64,000 nucleotides of DNA, from NCBI GenBank assembly GCA_963755025.1, contig CAVWIH010000030.1:32001-96000 (forward strand), read 5' to 3'. How positions within the stretch are numbered: the stretch's first letter is position 1; each line of letters starts with the position of its first letter. Below are positions 1-10,639 of the stretch, piece after piece. The notes beneath the pieces were generated by a model. It saw nothing but the letters and a program-made list of their open reading frames with translations. It searched no databases and was not told the origin of the DNA. Source of the DNA: an uncultured Actinomycetes bacterium. GTDB taxonomy: Bacteria > Actinomycetota > Thermoleophilia > UBA2241. Made by a program: the position numbers and the translations under genes.

Positions 1-789
<789 letters not shown>

Positions 790-832
790 CACTCGCTCAC
801 TTCCCGTTCGCTGGCTGAAAGCTGTGAGGCCG

Positions 833-899
833 AGTGTACGGCGCGACGGCCGGCGGACAGTAGTGCCGCCGGTCACGACTTCGACGTGACGTTTGTCAC
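833..899 (-). promoter_or_regulatory. Putative promoter with NarL/DesR-type inverted repeats
   Basis: GTCAC (872-876), GTGAC-gttt-GTCAC (886-899); TACACT -10-like hexamer at 833-838 on minus strand upstream of the ABC gene. Confidence 0.45.
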
Positions 900-926
900 A
901 ACAAGCGAAGGCGCGAGGCGAACGAC

Positions 927-970
927 AGGCTGGCGCGAGGCTGGCGCGAGGCCGGCGTGAAGCCGGCGCG
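927..970. repeat. Intergenic 11-bp tandem repeat (aggctggcgcg), about 4 degenerate copies
   Basis: aggctggcgcg aggctggcgcg aggccggcgtg aagccggcgcg. Confidence 0.7.
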
Positions 971-1028
971 ACCGGCCCGGAAGAGCCCGCGCGAGGCCGG
1001 CGCGACCGGTCGGCGCGGGCGCTTGCCC

Positions 1029-1937
1029 TCAGGCGCGCGGCTGCGGCGAGAAGGGCAGCAGGCGTCCGGGGGCCGAGCCACGCGCCGAGTCGGCGAGCAG
1101 GAGAGCGTGACGCACCCTGTCCTTGCCGGCCGCCTTGGCCTGGTACATGAGGGCGTCGGCGGCCGCCAGCATCTCCTCGACCGAGTCGGGAGCGCGCCCG
1201 TACGACGCCAGGCCGATGCTGCAGGTCGTGCCGTCGTCGCCGATGGTGGAGACCCTGGGAAAGGCTTCGCGCAGGCGCGTGACCAGCGGCAGCGCGGCGT
1301 CGGCCCCGGTCTCGGGCATGACGATCACGAACTCGTCGCCGCCGATGCGGGCTACGGTGTCGACCGAGCGCGCCGTGGCCAGAGCCAGGGTGGCGAGGGC
1401 GATGAGGGTGCGGTCGCCGGCGTCGTGGCCCAGGCGGTCGTTGGTGCCCTTGAAGTCGTCGATGTCGATGTAGGCGAGCGAGAGCCCGTGGTGAAAGCGC
1501 CGGCTGCGCTCGATCTCGCGGGCGGCGACGTCGCGAAAGGCGCGCAGGTTGGCGACTCCGGTGAGCTCGTCGAGCCCGGCCTGTTCTTCGAGCCGGGCCA
1601 CGAGCTCGCGCACCTGCCGCATGAGGTACAGCACGATGCCGAAGACCGCGAGGCGCACGACCGCGTTCCACAGCGCGACGGCCGGCGAGCTGTAGTGGTA
1701 GTCGGAGACGACCGCGGCCACGAAGGTCGCCGCCATCGCCACGGCGCCGTAGCCGATCGATTCCGTGCCCCAGGCGACCAGCATGACGGGCAACAGATAG
1801 AAGATGCCGAGCGCCACGTGCGGGCCCGTGACGTAGTCGAGTACGCCGATCGCCGCCACGAGACCCAGGCCGACCAGCAGCAGCATGGGCCGCGACAGCG
1901 CGGCAAGGCGCTTGCAGAGGGCGCTCAGTGCGGCCAT
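1029..1937 (-). CDS. Membrane-anchored diguanylate cyclase
   Basis: N-terminal TM helices; DELTGVAN, DIDDFK, RSVD I-site, GGDEF, ADALMYQAK. Confidence 0.92.
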   Translation of the reverse strand: MAALSALCKRLAALSRPMLLLVGLGLVAAIGVLDYVTGPHVALGIFYLLPVMLVAWGTESIGYGAVAMAATFVAAVVSDYHYSSPAVALWNAVVRLAVFGIVLYLMRQVRELVARLEEQAGLDELTGVANLRAFRDVAAREIERSRRFHHGLSLAYIDIDDFKGTNDRLGHDAGDRTLIALATLALATARSVDTVARIGGDEFVIVMPETGADAALPLVTRLREAFPRVSTIGDDGTTCSIGLASYGRAPDSVEEMLAAADALMYQAKAAGKDRVRHALLLADSARGSAPGRLLPFSPQPRA

Positions 1938-2216
1938 GAGGTGATGAGGCGACGGCGTGGGGCGGCCGGCAGAGAGGTGGGCCGCACGAAGTAGCTAGGG
2001 GGTCGCATGCCTCACGCTATCGGCCCCCGCGACGGCGAACTTGATGGTGCTCGCCGTTAGACCGTTGCCTGAGTTGGACCGTCGCGCGGCGCCGGCGCTG
2101 CTGGTTTGGGGACGCCGCGCTTGCGAAAGACCATGCGCTACACGAGCGCGGGCGCGCCGGACGGCACGTCGGCCTTGCCGCCCCCGCTCAAACGTAGCGT
2201 CGGCGCAGGAGAACGT

Positions 2217-3446
2217 GTGAGCGCGAGGGTCGCAGTCCCCGCAGAGGTCGCCCCCGGCGAGCGGCGGGTGGCGCTCGTGCCGGCGGCGGTCGTCAAGCTG
2301 GCCGCCCGCGGCATCGGGGTGATCGTCGAAGCGGGCGCCGGGCGCAACAGCTACTTCGCCGACGACGACTACGCCCAGGCCGGCGCCACGCTCGTGGCCT
2401 CGACCGCCGAGCTGTGGGCGGGCGCCGAGGTGGTCGTCAAAGTACGCCCACCCCTCCCTGCCGAGATCGGCCTGCTGCACCCGGGGCAGCTCCTCGTGGG
2501 GTTCATGGAACCGGCCCGCGATCCGCAGCGCGTCGCCGGCCTGCGCGACGCCGGCGTGACGGCGCTGGCCATGGAGCTCCTGCCGCGCGTCACGCGGGCG
2601 CAGTCCATGGACGCCCTCACCTCGCAGGCTTCGGCGGCTGGCTATCGGGCGGCGCTCATGGCGGCGTCGGGCCTCACGCGCTTCTTTCCCATGCTCACCA
2701 CACCGGCCGGCACCATCCGCCCGGCGCGTGTCCTCGTGCTGGGCGCGGGCGTCGCCGGCCTGCAGGCCATCGCCACGTCGCGGCGCCTGGGCGCCGTCGT
2801 CGAGGCTTACGACGTGCGCCCCGCCGCCAAGGAGCAGGTCGAGTCGCTCGGCGCGAAGTTCCTCTCGCTGGGCGTCGACGCCTCGGCGTCGGGGGGCTAC
2901 GCCCGCGAGCTCACCGCCGACGAGCACGAGCTCGAGCGCAAGCTCATCGCCGACCACGTGGCGGCCTCGGACGCGGTCATCACCACGGCCGCCATCCCCG
3001 GGCGCCGGGCGCCGCTGCTGGTGAGCGCCGCCATGGTCGAGGCCATGAAGCCGGGCGCCGTCCTGGTCGATCTCGCGGCCGAGGGCGGCGGCAACTGCGA
3101 GCTCACCAGCCCCGGCGAGACCGTCGAGCACGGCGGGGTGACCATCTTCGGGCCCCTCGACCTGCCCAGCCTGCTGGCGGTGAACGCCAGCGAGACCTAC
3201 GCCCGCAACATCTCCGACTTCCTCGGCCTGCTCATCCACGACGGCGAGCTCTCGCCCGCCTGGGACGACGAGATCGTCGCGGCCAGCGTGCTCACCCGCG
3301 ACGGCCGTATCGTGCACGAACCGACACGGGCGGCGGTCGAGGCGGCGCGCGACGCACCGGGTAGCGGCGCGCCTGACGCGCCCGCCGCACGCGACGGCGT
3401 GCCCGATGCGCACAGCGACGCACCCGGACAGGGGGCCGCCCAGTGA
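2217..3446 (+). CDS. pntA: NAD(P) transhydrogenase alpha subunit, part 1
   Basis: ERRVALVP, RAQSMDALTSQA, VLGAGVAGLQAIAT, TTAAIPGRRAP, DLAAEGGGNC; GTG start after AGGAG. Confidence 0.95.
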   Translation: MSARVAVPAEVAPGERRVALVPAAVVKLAARGIGVIVEAGAGRNSYFADDDYAQAGATLVASTAELWAGAEVVVKVRPPLPAEIGLLHPGQLLVGFMEPARDPQRVAGLRDAGVTALAMELLPRVTRAQSMDALTSQASAAGYRAALMAASGLTRFFPMLTTPAGTIRPARVLVLGAGVAGLQAIATSRRLGAVVEAYDVRPAAKEQVESLGAKFLSLGVDASASGGYARELTADEHELERKLIADHVAASDAVITTAAIPGRRAPLLVSAAMVEAMKPGAVLVDLAAEGGGNCELTSPGETVEHGGVTIFGPLDLPSLLAVNASETYARNISDFLGLLIHDGELSPAWDDEIVAASVLTRDGRIVHEPTRAAVEAARDAPGSGAPDAPAARDGVPDAHSDAPGQGAAQ

Positions 3447-3856
3447 GCGGCTGGAGCGCCCTGTACATCTTCATGCTGGCCGCCTTCACCGGCTACGTGA
3501 TCATCGGCGCCGTGCCGGTCATCTTGCACACGCCGCTCATGTCGGGCGCCAACTTCGTGCACGGCATCGTCCTGGTGGGCGCCATGGTGACGCTCGGCTT
3601 CGCGCACGGCACTCTCGAGACGGCGATCGGCGTGTTCGCCGTGGTGCTGGCCGCCATGAACGTGCACGGCGGCTACGTGGTGACGGTGCGCATGCTGGCC
3701 ATGTTCAAGAGCAGCCGCGACCGCCCGGGGCCGCAGCGGCCCGGCGACGGCGCCGGCGGGGGCGCCCACGCGTCCGCCGGCGGCGCCGACAAGCCCGCCA
3801 CACCCGGCCCCGACGCCGCCGGCGCGCCCGGTCAGGCTGCTCCTCCCCGCGCATGA
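3443..3856 (+). CDS. pntA: NAD(P) transhydrogenase alpha subunit, part 2 (membrane)
   Basis: VPVILHTPLMSGANFVHGI, NVHGGYVVTVRML. Confidence 0.93.
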   Translation: MSGWSALYIFMLAAFTGYVIIGAVPVILHTPLMSGANFVHGIVLVGAMVTLGFAHGTLETAIGVFAVVLAAMNVHGGYVVTVRMLAMFKSSRDRPGPQRPGDGAGGGAHASAGGADKPATPGPDAAGAPGQAAPPRA

Positions 3857-5256
3857 GCGCCGTCGACGAGGTCATCAAGGCGAGCTACTTCGCCACGGCG
3901 GTGCTGTTCATCGCCGGCCTGCGCAGCATGAGCTCGCCGGCGACGGCGCGGCGCGGCATCGTGTGGGCCGGGGTGGGCATGACCGTCGCCGCGGCCGCCA
4001 CGTTCTTCACGCCGGGCCTGCACCACATCCCGCTCATGATCGGCGCCATCGTCGTGGGCATGGGCCTCGCGCAGTGGTCGGGGCGGCGCGTGCCCATGAC
4101 CGCCATGCCGCAGATGATCGCCCTCTTCAACGGCATGGGCGGCGGGGCGGCGGCGGCCATCGCCGCCGTGGAGCTCATCAAGGGCGGCGGGTCGGTCGCC
4201 GCCCAGCGGCCCGCCGACGTGGCCGTGCTGGCCGTCGTCGGGGCGCTGATCGGCGCGGTGTCGTTCGGCGGCAGCCTGATCGCCTTCGCCAAGCTGCAGG
4301 GGCTCATCAAGCGGGTGCTCGCCTTTCCGGGGCAGAACGCGGTCGACCTGTTCGTGCTGGCCGTGGCCGTCGCCGCCGGCGTGCTGGTCGCGCTCGGCGA
4401 GACCGGCACGATCAGGCACTACGGCACGCCGCTCGTGCTCGGCTTCGCCGGCGTGGCCTTCGCCTTCGGCATCCTCATGACGCTGCCCATCGGCGGCGCC
4501 GACATGCCGGTCGTGATCGCGCTCTACAACGCGTTCACCGGCCTCGCCGTGGCCTTCGAGGGCTACGTGCTGGGCAACCCGGCCATGATCATCGCCGGCA
4601 TGGTCGTCGGCGCGGCCGGCACCATGCTCACCCAGCTCATGGCCAGGGCCATGAACCGCTCGCTGGCCAACGTGCTGTTCAGCGGCTTCGGCGCGACGCC
4701 GGCCGCGGCGGGCGTCGCTACCGGCGCCGCCCGGCCCATCGACCCGAGCGACGCCGCCATCACGATCGCCTACGCCAGCAAGGTGATCGTCGCGCCGGGC
4801 TACGGCATGGCGGTGGCCCAGGCCCAGCACAAGGTGTGGGAGCTCGCCCAGCTCCTGCTCGACAAGGGCGTCCAGGTCAAGTTCGCCATCCACCCGGTGG
4901 CGGGGCGCATGCCGGGCCACATGAACGTGCTGCTGGCCGAGGCGGGCGTGCCCTACGACTACATCTACGACCTGGACGACATCAACCCCGAGTTCGCCAC
5001 GGCCGACGTGGCGCTCGTCATCGGCGCCAACGACACGGTGAACCTCTCGGCCAGAACGGACCCCGCGAGCCCGATCTACGGCATGCCGATCCTCGACGTG
5101 GGCCGGGCGGCCAACGTCGTCGTGATCAAGCGCGGCGCCGGCGCCGGCTTTGCCGGGGTCGAGAACCCGCTCTTCTTCGAAGACAACGTGCGCATGCTCT
5201 ACGGCGACGGCCAGGAAGCCGTCGCCGAGCTGATCCGCGGCATCAAGAGCGTGTGA
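3853..5256 (+). CDS. pntB: NAD(P) transhydrogenase beta subunit
   Basis: MTAMPQMIALFNG, PIGGADMPVVI, GYGMAVAQAQ, IHPVAGRMPGHMNVLLAEA. Confidence 0.96.
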   Translation: MSAVDEVIKASYFATAVLFIAGLRSMSSPATARRGIVWAGVGMTVAAAATFFTPGLHHIPLMIGAIVVGMGLAQWSGRRVPMTAMPQMIALFNGMGGGAAAAIAAVELIKGGGSVAAQRPADVAVLAVVGALIGAVSFGGSLIAFAKLQGLIKRVLAFPGQNAVDLFVLAVAVAAGVLVALGETGTIRHYGTPLVLGFAGVAFAFGILMTLPIGGADMPVVIALYNAFTGLAVAFEGYVLGNPAMIIAGMVVGAAGTMLTQLMARAMNRSLANVLFSGFGATPAAAGVATGAARPIDPSDAAITIAYASKVIVAPGYGMAVAQAQHKVWELAQLLLDKGVQVKFAIHPVAGRMPGHMNVLLAEAGVPYDYIYDLDDINPEFATADVALVIGANDTVNLSARTDPASPIYGMPILDVGRAANVVVIKRGAGAGFAGVENPLFFEDNVRMLYGDGQEAVAELIRGIKSV

Positions 5257-5284
5257 AGCGGCGACGCGCCGCGGCGTTCGGGCC

Positions 5285-6319
5285 TCAGCTCACCGGCGCC
5301 TCGGAGGCGTAGCCGCCGGTGGCCTCCCAGTAGCCGATAGCGCGCTGCGCGGTGACCTCGACGCGCACGACCCACTTCACGTTCTTGTAGCCGAGCTGCG
5401 ACGGAATGACGAGGCGCAGCGGTCCCCCGTGCGCGGCCGGCAGCGGCGCGGCGTCGAGCACGTCGGCCAGCAGCGTCTCGGGCGCCTGGGCTTCGACCAG
5501 GCTGAGGCTGTCGGTGTAGCGGCCGCTGTAGGCGTGGAACGTGACAAAGCGGGCGTCGGGCTGCAGTCCGGCCTTGCTCAGCAGGTCGGAGACACGCACG
5601 CCCTCCCAGCCCAGGTGGTCGACGCTCCAGCCCTCGACGCAGTGAAAGGTGCGCGTCTCCTGCGTGCGCGGCAGCGCAAGCCAGGCGCTGCGGTCGAGGT
5701 GCAGCGGGGTGTCGACGAGACCGTCGACCTCGACGACCCAGTCGGCCGCGGCGCGGTCGGGCGGCCCTTCGATGTCGAGCACCGGAAAGCCGGCGAGCGG
5801 CCCCGACGAGCCCGCGCCGATCCCCCGCATGCCCGACTTGAAGACCAGGGCGGCGATCGCGGCGACCGCGGCGCCGGCGCCGGCGACCAGGAACCAGCGC
5901 CGGCTCACCCGCAGGGAGCGCTCGCCGCCCAGCTCGTCGGCCGCCTGGCCGTCGGGGGCGGCGGCTTGACCGTCGGGGGCCGCCTGACCGCCGCCGGCGG
6001 CGGCTTGACCGTCGGTGGCGGCGGCGCGAGCGCCGCCGCCACGGTCGCCGGCGGCGCCGCGCGGCGCGCGGTCGGCCGGGGTCCAGAGCATGACGAGCAA
6101 CCGGCCGAAGCGGCGGCGGTGCAGCACGACGTGGGCGACGACAGTGGCCACCAGCGCGACGGCGCCCCACTCGTGGATGGTGCGCCACTGGCCCAGCGAG
6201 CCGCTGAAGACCGGCAGGAGCTTGGCCGGCGCGAACAGCACCAGGCCGCTCACCGCGGTCGCGACAAAGGCGACTCCGGTGAGCACGACGACGACGAGCT
6301 GAAAAGTGGTCCTTCTCAT
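5285..6319 (-). CDS. Molybdopterin-dependent oxidoreductase (MsrP/sulfite-oxidase fold) with N-terminal DUF4405-like membrane domain
   Basis: ATG at 6319 (MRRTTFQL); 2 TM helices with His; internal SRRWFL; FHCVEGWS, HGGPLRL, GYKNVKWV, GYWE. Confidence 0.85.
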   Translation of the reverse strand: MRRTTFQLVVVVLTGVAFVATAVSGLVLFAPAKLLPVFSGSLGQWRTIHEWGAVALVATVVAHVVLHRRRFGRLLVMLWTPADRAPRGAAGDRGGGARAAATDGQAAAGGGQAAPDGQAAAPDGQAADELGGERSLRVSRRWFLVAGAGAAVAAIAALVFKSGMRGIGAGSSGPLAGFPVLDIEGPPDRAAADWVVEVDGLVDTPLHLDRSAWLALPRTQETRTFHCVEGWSVDHLGWEGVRVSDLLSKAGLQPDARFVTFHAYSGRYTDSLSLVEAQAPETLLADVLDAAPLPAAHGGPLRLVIPSQLGYKNVKWVVRVEVTAQRAIGYWEATGGYASEAPVS

Positions 6320-6360
6320 GCGATCCTTGCGGCCACGCCCGCGGCGGCGGGCAGGGCCCT

Positions 6361-8346
6361 CTACATCAGGGGCAACAGGTGTGAGACGGCGCCGCCGATC
6401 ACGAGGGCGGTGGCCACGGTGCCGGCGCTGATCGTGGCGGCGCGGCGCCAGCCGAGCTCGTGGCCCAGCATGGCGATGGTCGCCACGCAGGGCACGAGGA
6501 TGGAGGCCACGAGGGCGTAGACGACGATCTGATGGGCCGTCATGAAGGTGCGCAGGTTGTACGCTCCGGCGCCGTAGCGGGCCACGGCGAACACCACGAG
6601 CATCTGCAGGGCGAGCTCTTTGCGCAGCACGCCGAGCAGCAGCGTCAGTCCGGCCACGGCCGGCAGGCCGAGCCAGCCCGACGACGACCGGGTGCAGCGG
6701 CCACTCGAGATGCCAGATGAGGCCGGTCTCGTAGAGGGCGCCCAGCGCGAAGCTGCCGATCAGCATGATGGGCGCCGCCGCCCAGAGGAAGGTGCCGAAG
6801 CGCTTCCAGGTCTTGACCGCCACGAGGCGCAGCGAGGGCCGGCGGAAGGGGAACATCTCCATGACGAGGCCCTCGGGCTCACCCGGCAGGATACGGTTGA
6901 GCAGCAGACCGGCGGCCAGTCCCACGAGGCCCAGCACGCCGAAGACGAAGAGCGCCCACTGCCAGCCCACGAACAGCGAGACCGAGCCCAGGATCACCGC
7001 GGTGCGGGCGCTGCAGGGCACCAGCACCACGAGCGTGCAGGCGATGGTGCGCTCGCGCTTGGTCGACAGCACGCGGGTGCCCATGATGGCCGGCACGTTG
7101 CAGCCGGCGGCGGCCATGAGGGGAATGACGGCGCGGCCGTGCAGGCCGAAGAGGTGCATGACGCGGTCGGCCAGAAAGGCGGCCGCGTTCATGTAGCCCG
7201 AGTCTTCGAGCAGGGCCAGCACGAAGTAGAAGGTCAGGATGTAGGGGATGCCGACCGCCAGGGCGGCGAGGATGCCGCCGTCGAGGCCCCAGAGCAGCGT
7301 GCCGGCCAGGGCGCCGTAGCCGAACAGGTGGTGCACGGCCGACGCCAGCACCGGCGACGCCGTGGCGCCCCACAGCGAGGTCAGCAGCCGCGACAGCCAG
7401 CCGCCGACGAAGAACAGAAAGGCGAACACCGAGGCCAGCACGGCCAGCAGGATGGGCACGCCGGTGATGGGCGAGGTGGTGGCCGCCCAGTAACGGTCGG
7501 CGGTGGGCGTCGCGGCCCGGCCCTCGGTGCAGGCCTCGGCGACCGCCGTGGCTGCGGCGTGGCGCGCGGCCGCTATGGACACGGCCAGCGTGGCGCGCTC
7601 GGCCGAGGCGACGATGGCGCTGGTCGGGCCGAAGGCCGCCGTGAGCTCGTCGTCGCCTTCGAGCAGCGCCAGGGCGGCGGCGCGCGGCGGCAGCCCCTCG
7701 GGCACGGCGCCCGGGCTGTCGACGAGCTTGCGCTTCGAGGTCGGCGACCTGCGCTTCGATGCGCTGCCGAGTAGCGCACGGCGCGGCCGCGCCCCAGGCC
7801 GTCGCTGCCGGTGGCCACCGCGGCGGCCGTGGCGACGAGCTCGTCGAGCCCCTCGCCGCGCCGCGCGACCGTCGGGATCACCGGCAGGCCGAGCGCTTGC
7901 GAGAGAGCGTGCGGGTCGATGCGCAGCGACTGGCGGTGCGCCTCGTCGATCAGGTTGAGGGCGATCACCACGCGCGGGCCCAGGTCGACGATCTGCAGCA
8001 CGAGGTAGAGGTTGCGGGCGAGGTTGGTGGCGTCGACCACGGCGATGACCACGTCGGGCTGCCAGTCGAGCAGCCCGTGGCGCGCGACCCACTGGTCTTC
8101 GGAGACGGGGTCGAGCGCGTAGGTGCCGGGCAGGTCGACGAGCTGCACCTCCTGCCCGGCCCAGGTCGCCGCGGCGACGTTCAGGCCGACGGTCATGCCC
8201 GGGTAGTTGGCGGTCTCGACGGCGGAGCCGGTGAGGCGGTTGAAGAGGGTCGATTTGCCGACGTTGGGGTTACCGGCGAGCGCGACCACCAGAGAGCTCG
8301 CCGAGCGCCGCTCGGTGCTCAGCGGAGTGCAGCAGGCGGTCGCCAC
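6361..8346 (-). CDS. feoB: Ferrous iron transporter FeoB (apparent frameshifts near 6670 and 7770)
   Basis: GNPNVGKSTLFN, DLPGTY, DATNLARNL, LEDSGYM, GCNVPAIM, PCSAR, PCVAT spread over three frames. Confidence 0.92.
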
Positions 8347-8356
8347 CGTAAGCCCT

Positions 8357-9012
8357 TTACGCCTGCACGAAGATCTTGCCGGCGACCTCGCGCCCAAGCG
8401 CATAGCGGGCGCGCCCTACGCGCACCAGCAGCGGTCCGCCGAACGGGGCGACGTCTTCGACGGCGACCGCGGTTTGCGGCAGCAGGCCGAGCGACGACAG
8501 GTAGCGCAGCAGGTCGGGCTGCTCGTCGGAGACGAACGAGATCGTGCTCTTCTGTCCGGCCGAAGTTCGGCCAGCGGGCGGGCGTGCTCTTCGGGCAGCT
8601 CGCCGTCGGGCGTGGGGATGGCGCGGCCGTGGGGGCAGGTCTGCGGGTTGCCCAGGTGCGCCGCGAGGCGCTCTTCGACTTCGTCGGAGAGGACGTGCTC
8701 GAACTTGCAGGCCTCGTCGTGCACCTTGTCCCAGGGGAGGTCGAGGTAGTCGGTGAGAAAGCGCTCGCTCAGGCGGTGGCGGCGTACGAGACGCAGGGCC
8801 TCGCGGCGCCCCTCCTTGGTGAGCAGCACGTGGCTTGCCTGGTCGCGTTCGACCAGTCCCTCGGTGGCCAGGCGGGCGACCATCTGCGACACCGAAGGCG
8901 CCGCCAGGCCGAGGTCGTCGGCCACGCGACCGACCGTCGCGCCTTCGGGCTGCTGCGTCAGCTTGAAAATCGCCTCGAGGTACTCCTCGCGGCTCTCGCT
9001 CCGTCCGGCCAT
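8357..9012 (-). CDS. DtxR/IdeR-family metal-dependent repressor with C-terminal FeoA-like domain (frameshifts in 3' part)
   Basis: EEYLEAIF, RRHRLSERFL, VHDEACKFEH, CPHGRAIP; C-terminal ...KIFVQA* in another frame. Confidence 0.9.
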
Positions 9013-9034
9013 ATCGGCTCCCTTCGCTCCTTGC

Positions 9035-9053
9035 TTAGGATAGCCTACCTCTC
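9035..9053. promoter_or_regulatory. Candidate DtxR/IdeR operator
   Basis: TTAGGATAGCCTACCT resembles consensus TTAGGTTAGCCTAACCTAA; about 22 bp upstream of the dtxR-feoB start. Confidence 0.65.
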
Positions 9054-9191
9054 CTAGTTCGGCAACGAGATGGCGAACCTGTAGTTTCCACTCGCCCCTG
9101 GGACACGGCGCACCGATACGATGTCGTTCGTAGCGCCGAAGACCATCTCCCGGGTTGGCGCACGACGGGTGCCTGGGAGTACCATGCCAAG

Positions 9192-9243
9192 TGGGGATGG
9201 AGTCCCCCATTGAACGCCCCGCCCGGGGCTGATGGCTCCTGTC
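9192..9243 (+). ncRNA. Fluoride (crcB) riboswitch
   Basis: GGGGATGGAGTCCCCC...GCCCC..GGGGCTGATGGCTCCTG matches the GGnGAUGGAGUUCnCC...GCUGAUGACUCCU pattern; TACCAT -10 at 9180. Confidence 0.9.
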
Positions 9244-9289
9244 GCGCCAAGAAGAGCGCCCACAGGGCCGTCACCAGGAGGACTTCGTC

Positions 9290-10537
9290 ATGCAGCACCT
9301 CTTCGCCATCGCCACGCTCTGGCTCGCCCTGGCCGTGGTCGCCGCCGTCATCGCCAACCGCCTGCGCGTCGCGATCGCCCTCGTCGAGATCTGCGTGGGC
9401 GTGGTCGTGGCGGCGGTCGCCACCCACTTCGGCTGGTTCGACGGCCTCGGCTCCAACCAGCAGTGGCTTCAGTTCCTCGCCTCGACGGGTGCCGTGATGC
9501 TCACCTTCCTGGCCGGCGCCGAGCTCGACCCCGCCGTCATCCGCACCAAGCTCACCGAGGTCTCGGTGGTCGGGCTGGTGGGCTTTGCGGCGCCGTTCCT
9601 CACCTGCGCGGCCGTGGCCCACTGGGTGCTGGGCTGGAACAGCCAGGCCAGCCTGCTGGCCGGCGTCGCCCTCTCCACGACCTCGATGGCGGTCGTCTAC
9701 TCCGTGATGCTGGAGACCGGCTTCAACCGCACCTCCTTCGGCAAGGGCATCCTGGGCTCGTGCTTCATCAACGACCTGGGCACGGTGATCGCGCTCGGCC
9801 TGCTGTTCGCGCCGTTCACCTATAAGACCGTCGTCTTCATCGCCGCCACGGTGGTCGTGTGCGTCGTGCTGCCCTTCACCATCAACCACATGACGCGCAT
9901 CTACGGCCATCGCACCGCCGCCATCCGCACCAAGCTGATCATGGTGGTGCTCCTCGGGCTCGGCGCGCTGGCCTACTGGGCGGGCAGCGAGGCCGTGCTG
10001 CCGGCCTACATCGTCGGCATCGTGCTGGCCGGCGGCGCCGCCCAGGACCACCACTGGATCCGCCGGCTGCGCACGCTCACGGTGGGCTTTCTCACGCCCT
10101 TCTACTTCTTGCGCGCCGGCACGCTGGTCAGCGTGAGCGCCGTCGCCGCGGCCCCGCTCGTAGTGCTGGCGCTCTTTGCCGGCAAGGTCGGCGCCAAGAT
10201 CTTCGGCCTCTTCCCCGTGGTCGGGCGCTTCCGGCGCGATCGCAAGGAACGCTGGTACTACACGCTCATGATGTCGACCGGCCTCACCTTCGGCACGATC
10301 TCGGCGCTCTACGGCCTGAGCCACGGCATCGTCACCCAGAAGCAGTACTCCTACCTGGTCGCCGTGGTCATCGGCACGGCCGTGATCCCCACCCTGATCG
10401 CCAGCGTGGCGTTCGTGCCACGGCACTTGCTGCCGGCCACCGAGGCCGCGGTCACCGTCGACGACGTGGCGGCGGCGGCGCGCGACGAGCTCGACCTCGA
10501 GCAGGAGGAGACCGAAGAGGTCACCGACGAGGGCTGA
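9290..10537 (+). CDS. Cation:proton antiporter (CPA2/Kef-like), candidate fluoride-resistance transporter
   Basis: About 12 hydrophobic helices, FLAGAELD, STTSMAVV, FINDLG; AGGAGG RBS. Confidence 0.9.
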   Translation: MQHLFAIATLWLALAVVAAVIANRLRVAIALVEICVGVVVAAVATHFGWFDGLGSNQQWLQFLASTGAVMLTFLAGAELDPAVIRTKLTEVSVVGLVGFAAPFLTCAAVAHWVLGWNSQASLLAGVALSTTSMAVVYSVMLETGFNRTSFGKGILGSCFINDLGTVIALGLLFAPFTYKTVVFIAATVVVCVVLPFTINHMTRIYGHRTAAIRTKLIMVVLLGLGALAYWAGSEAVLPAYIVGIVLAGGAAQDHHWIRRLRTLTVGFLTPFYFLRAGTLVSVSAVAAAPLVVLALFAGKVGAKIFGLFPVVGRFRRDRKERWYYTLMMSTGLTFGTISALYGLSHGIVTQKQYSYLVAVVIGTAVIPTLIASVAFVPRHLLPATEAAVTVDDVAAAARDELDLEQEETEEVTDEG

Positions 10538-10639
10538 GTCGCCCCGACGGGGGGCGCGGCGTAAAACGCGCGGCGCGCCCGCCGGGCGCGCGGCGTCAGG
10601 CGCGCGGCGCGCCGGCCTCGAGCGTGACGCGCGCGCCCG

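Noticed and set aside
5285-8092. Apparent FeoB-Mo-oxidoreductase fusion
   Set aside because: The FeoB C-terminus lies in another frame with its own stop at 6361
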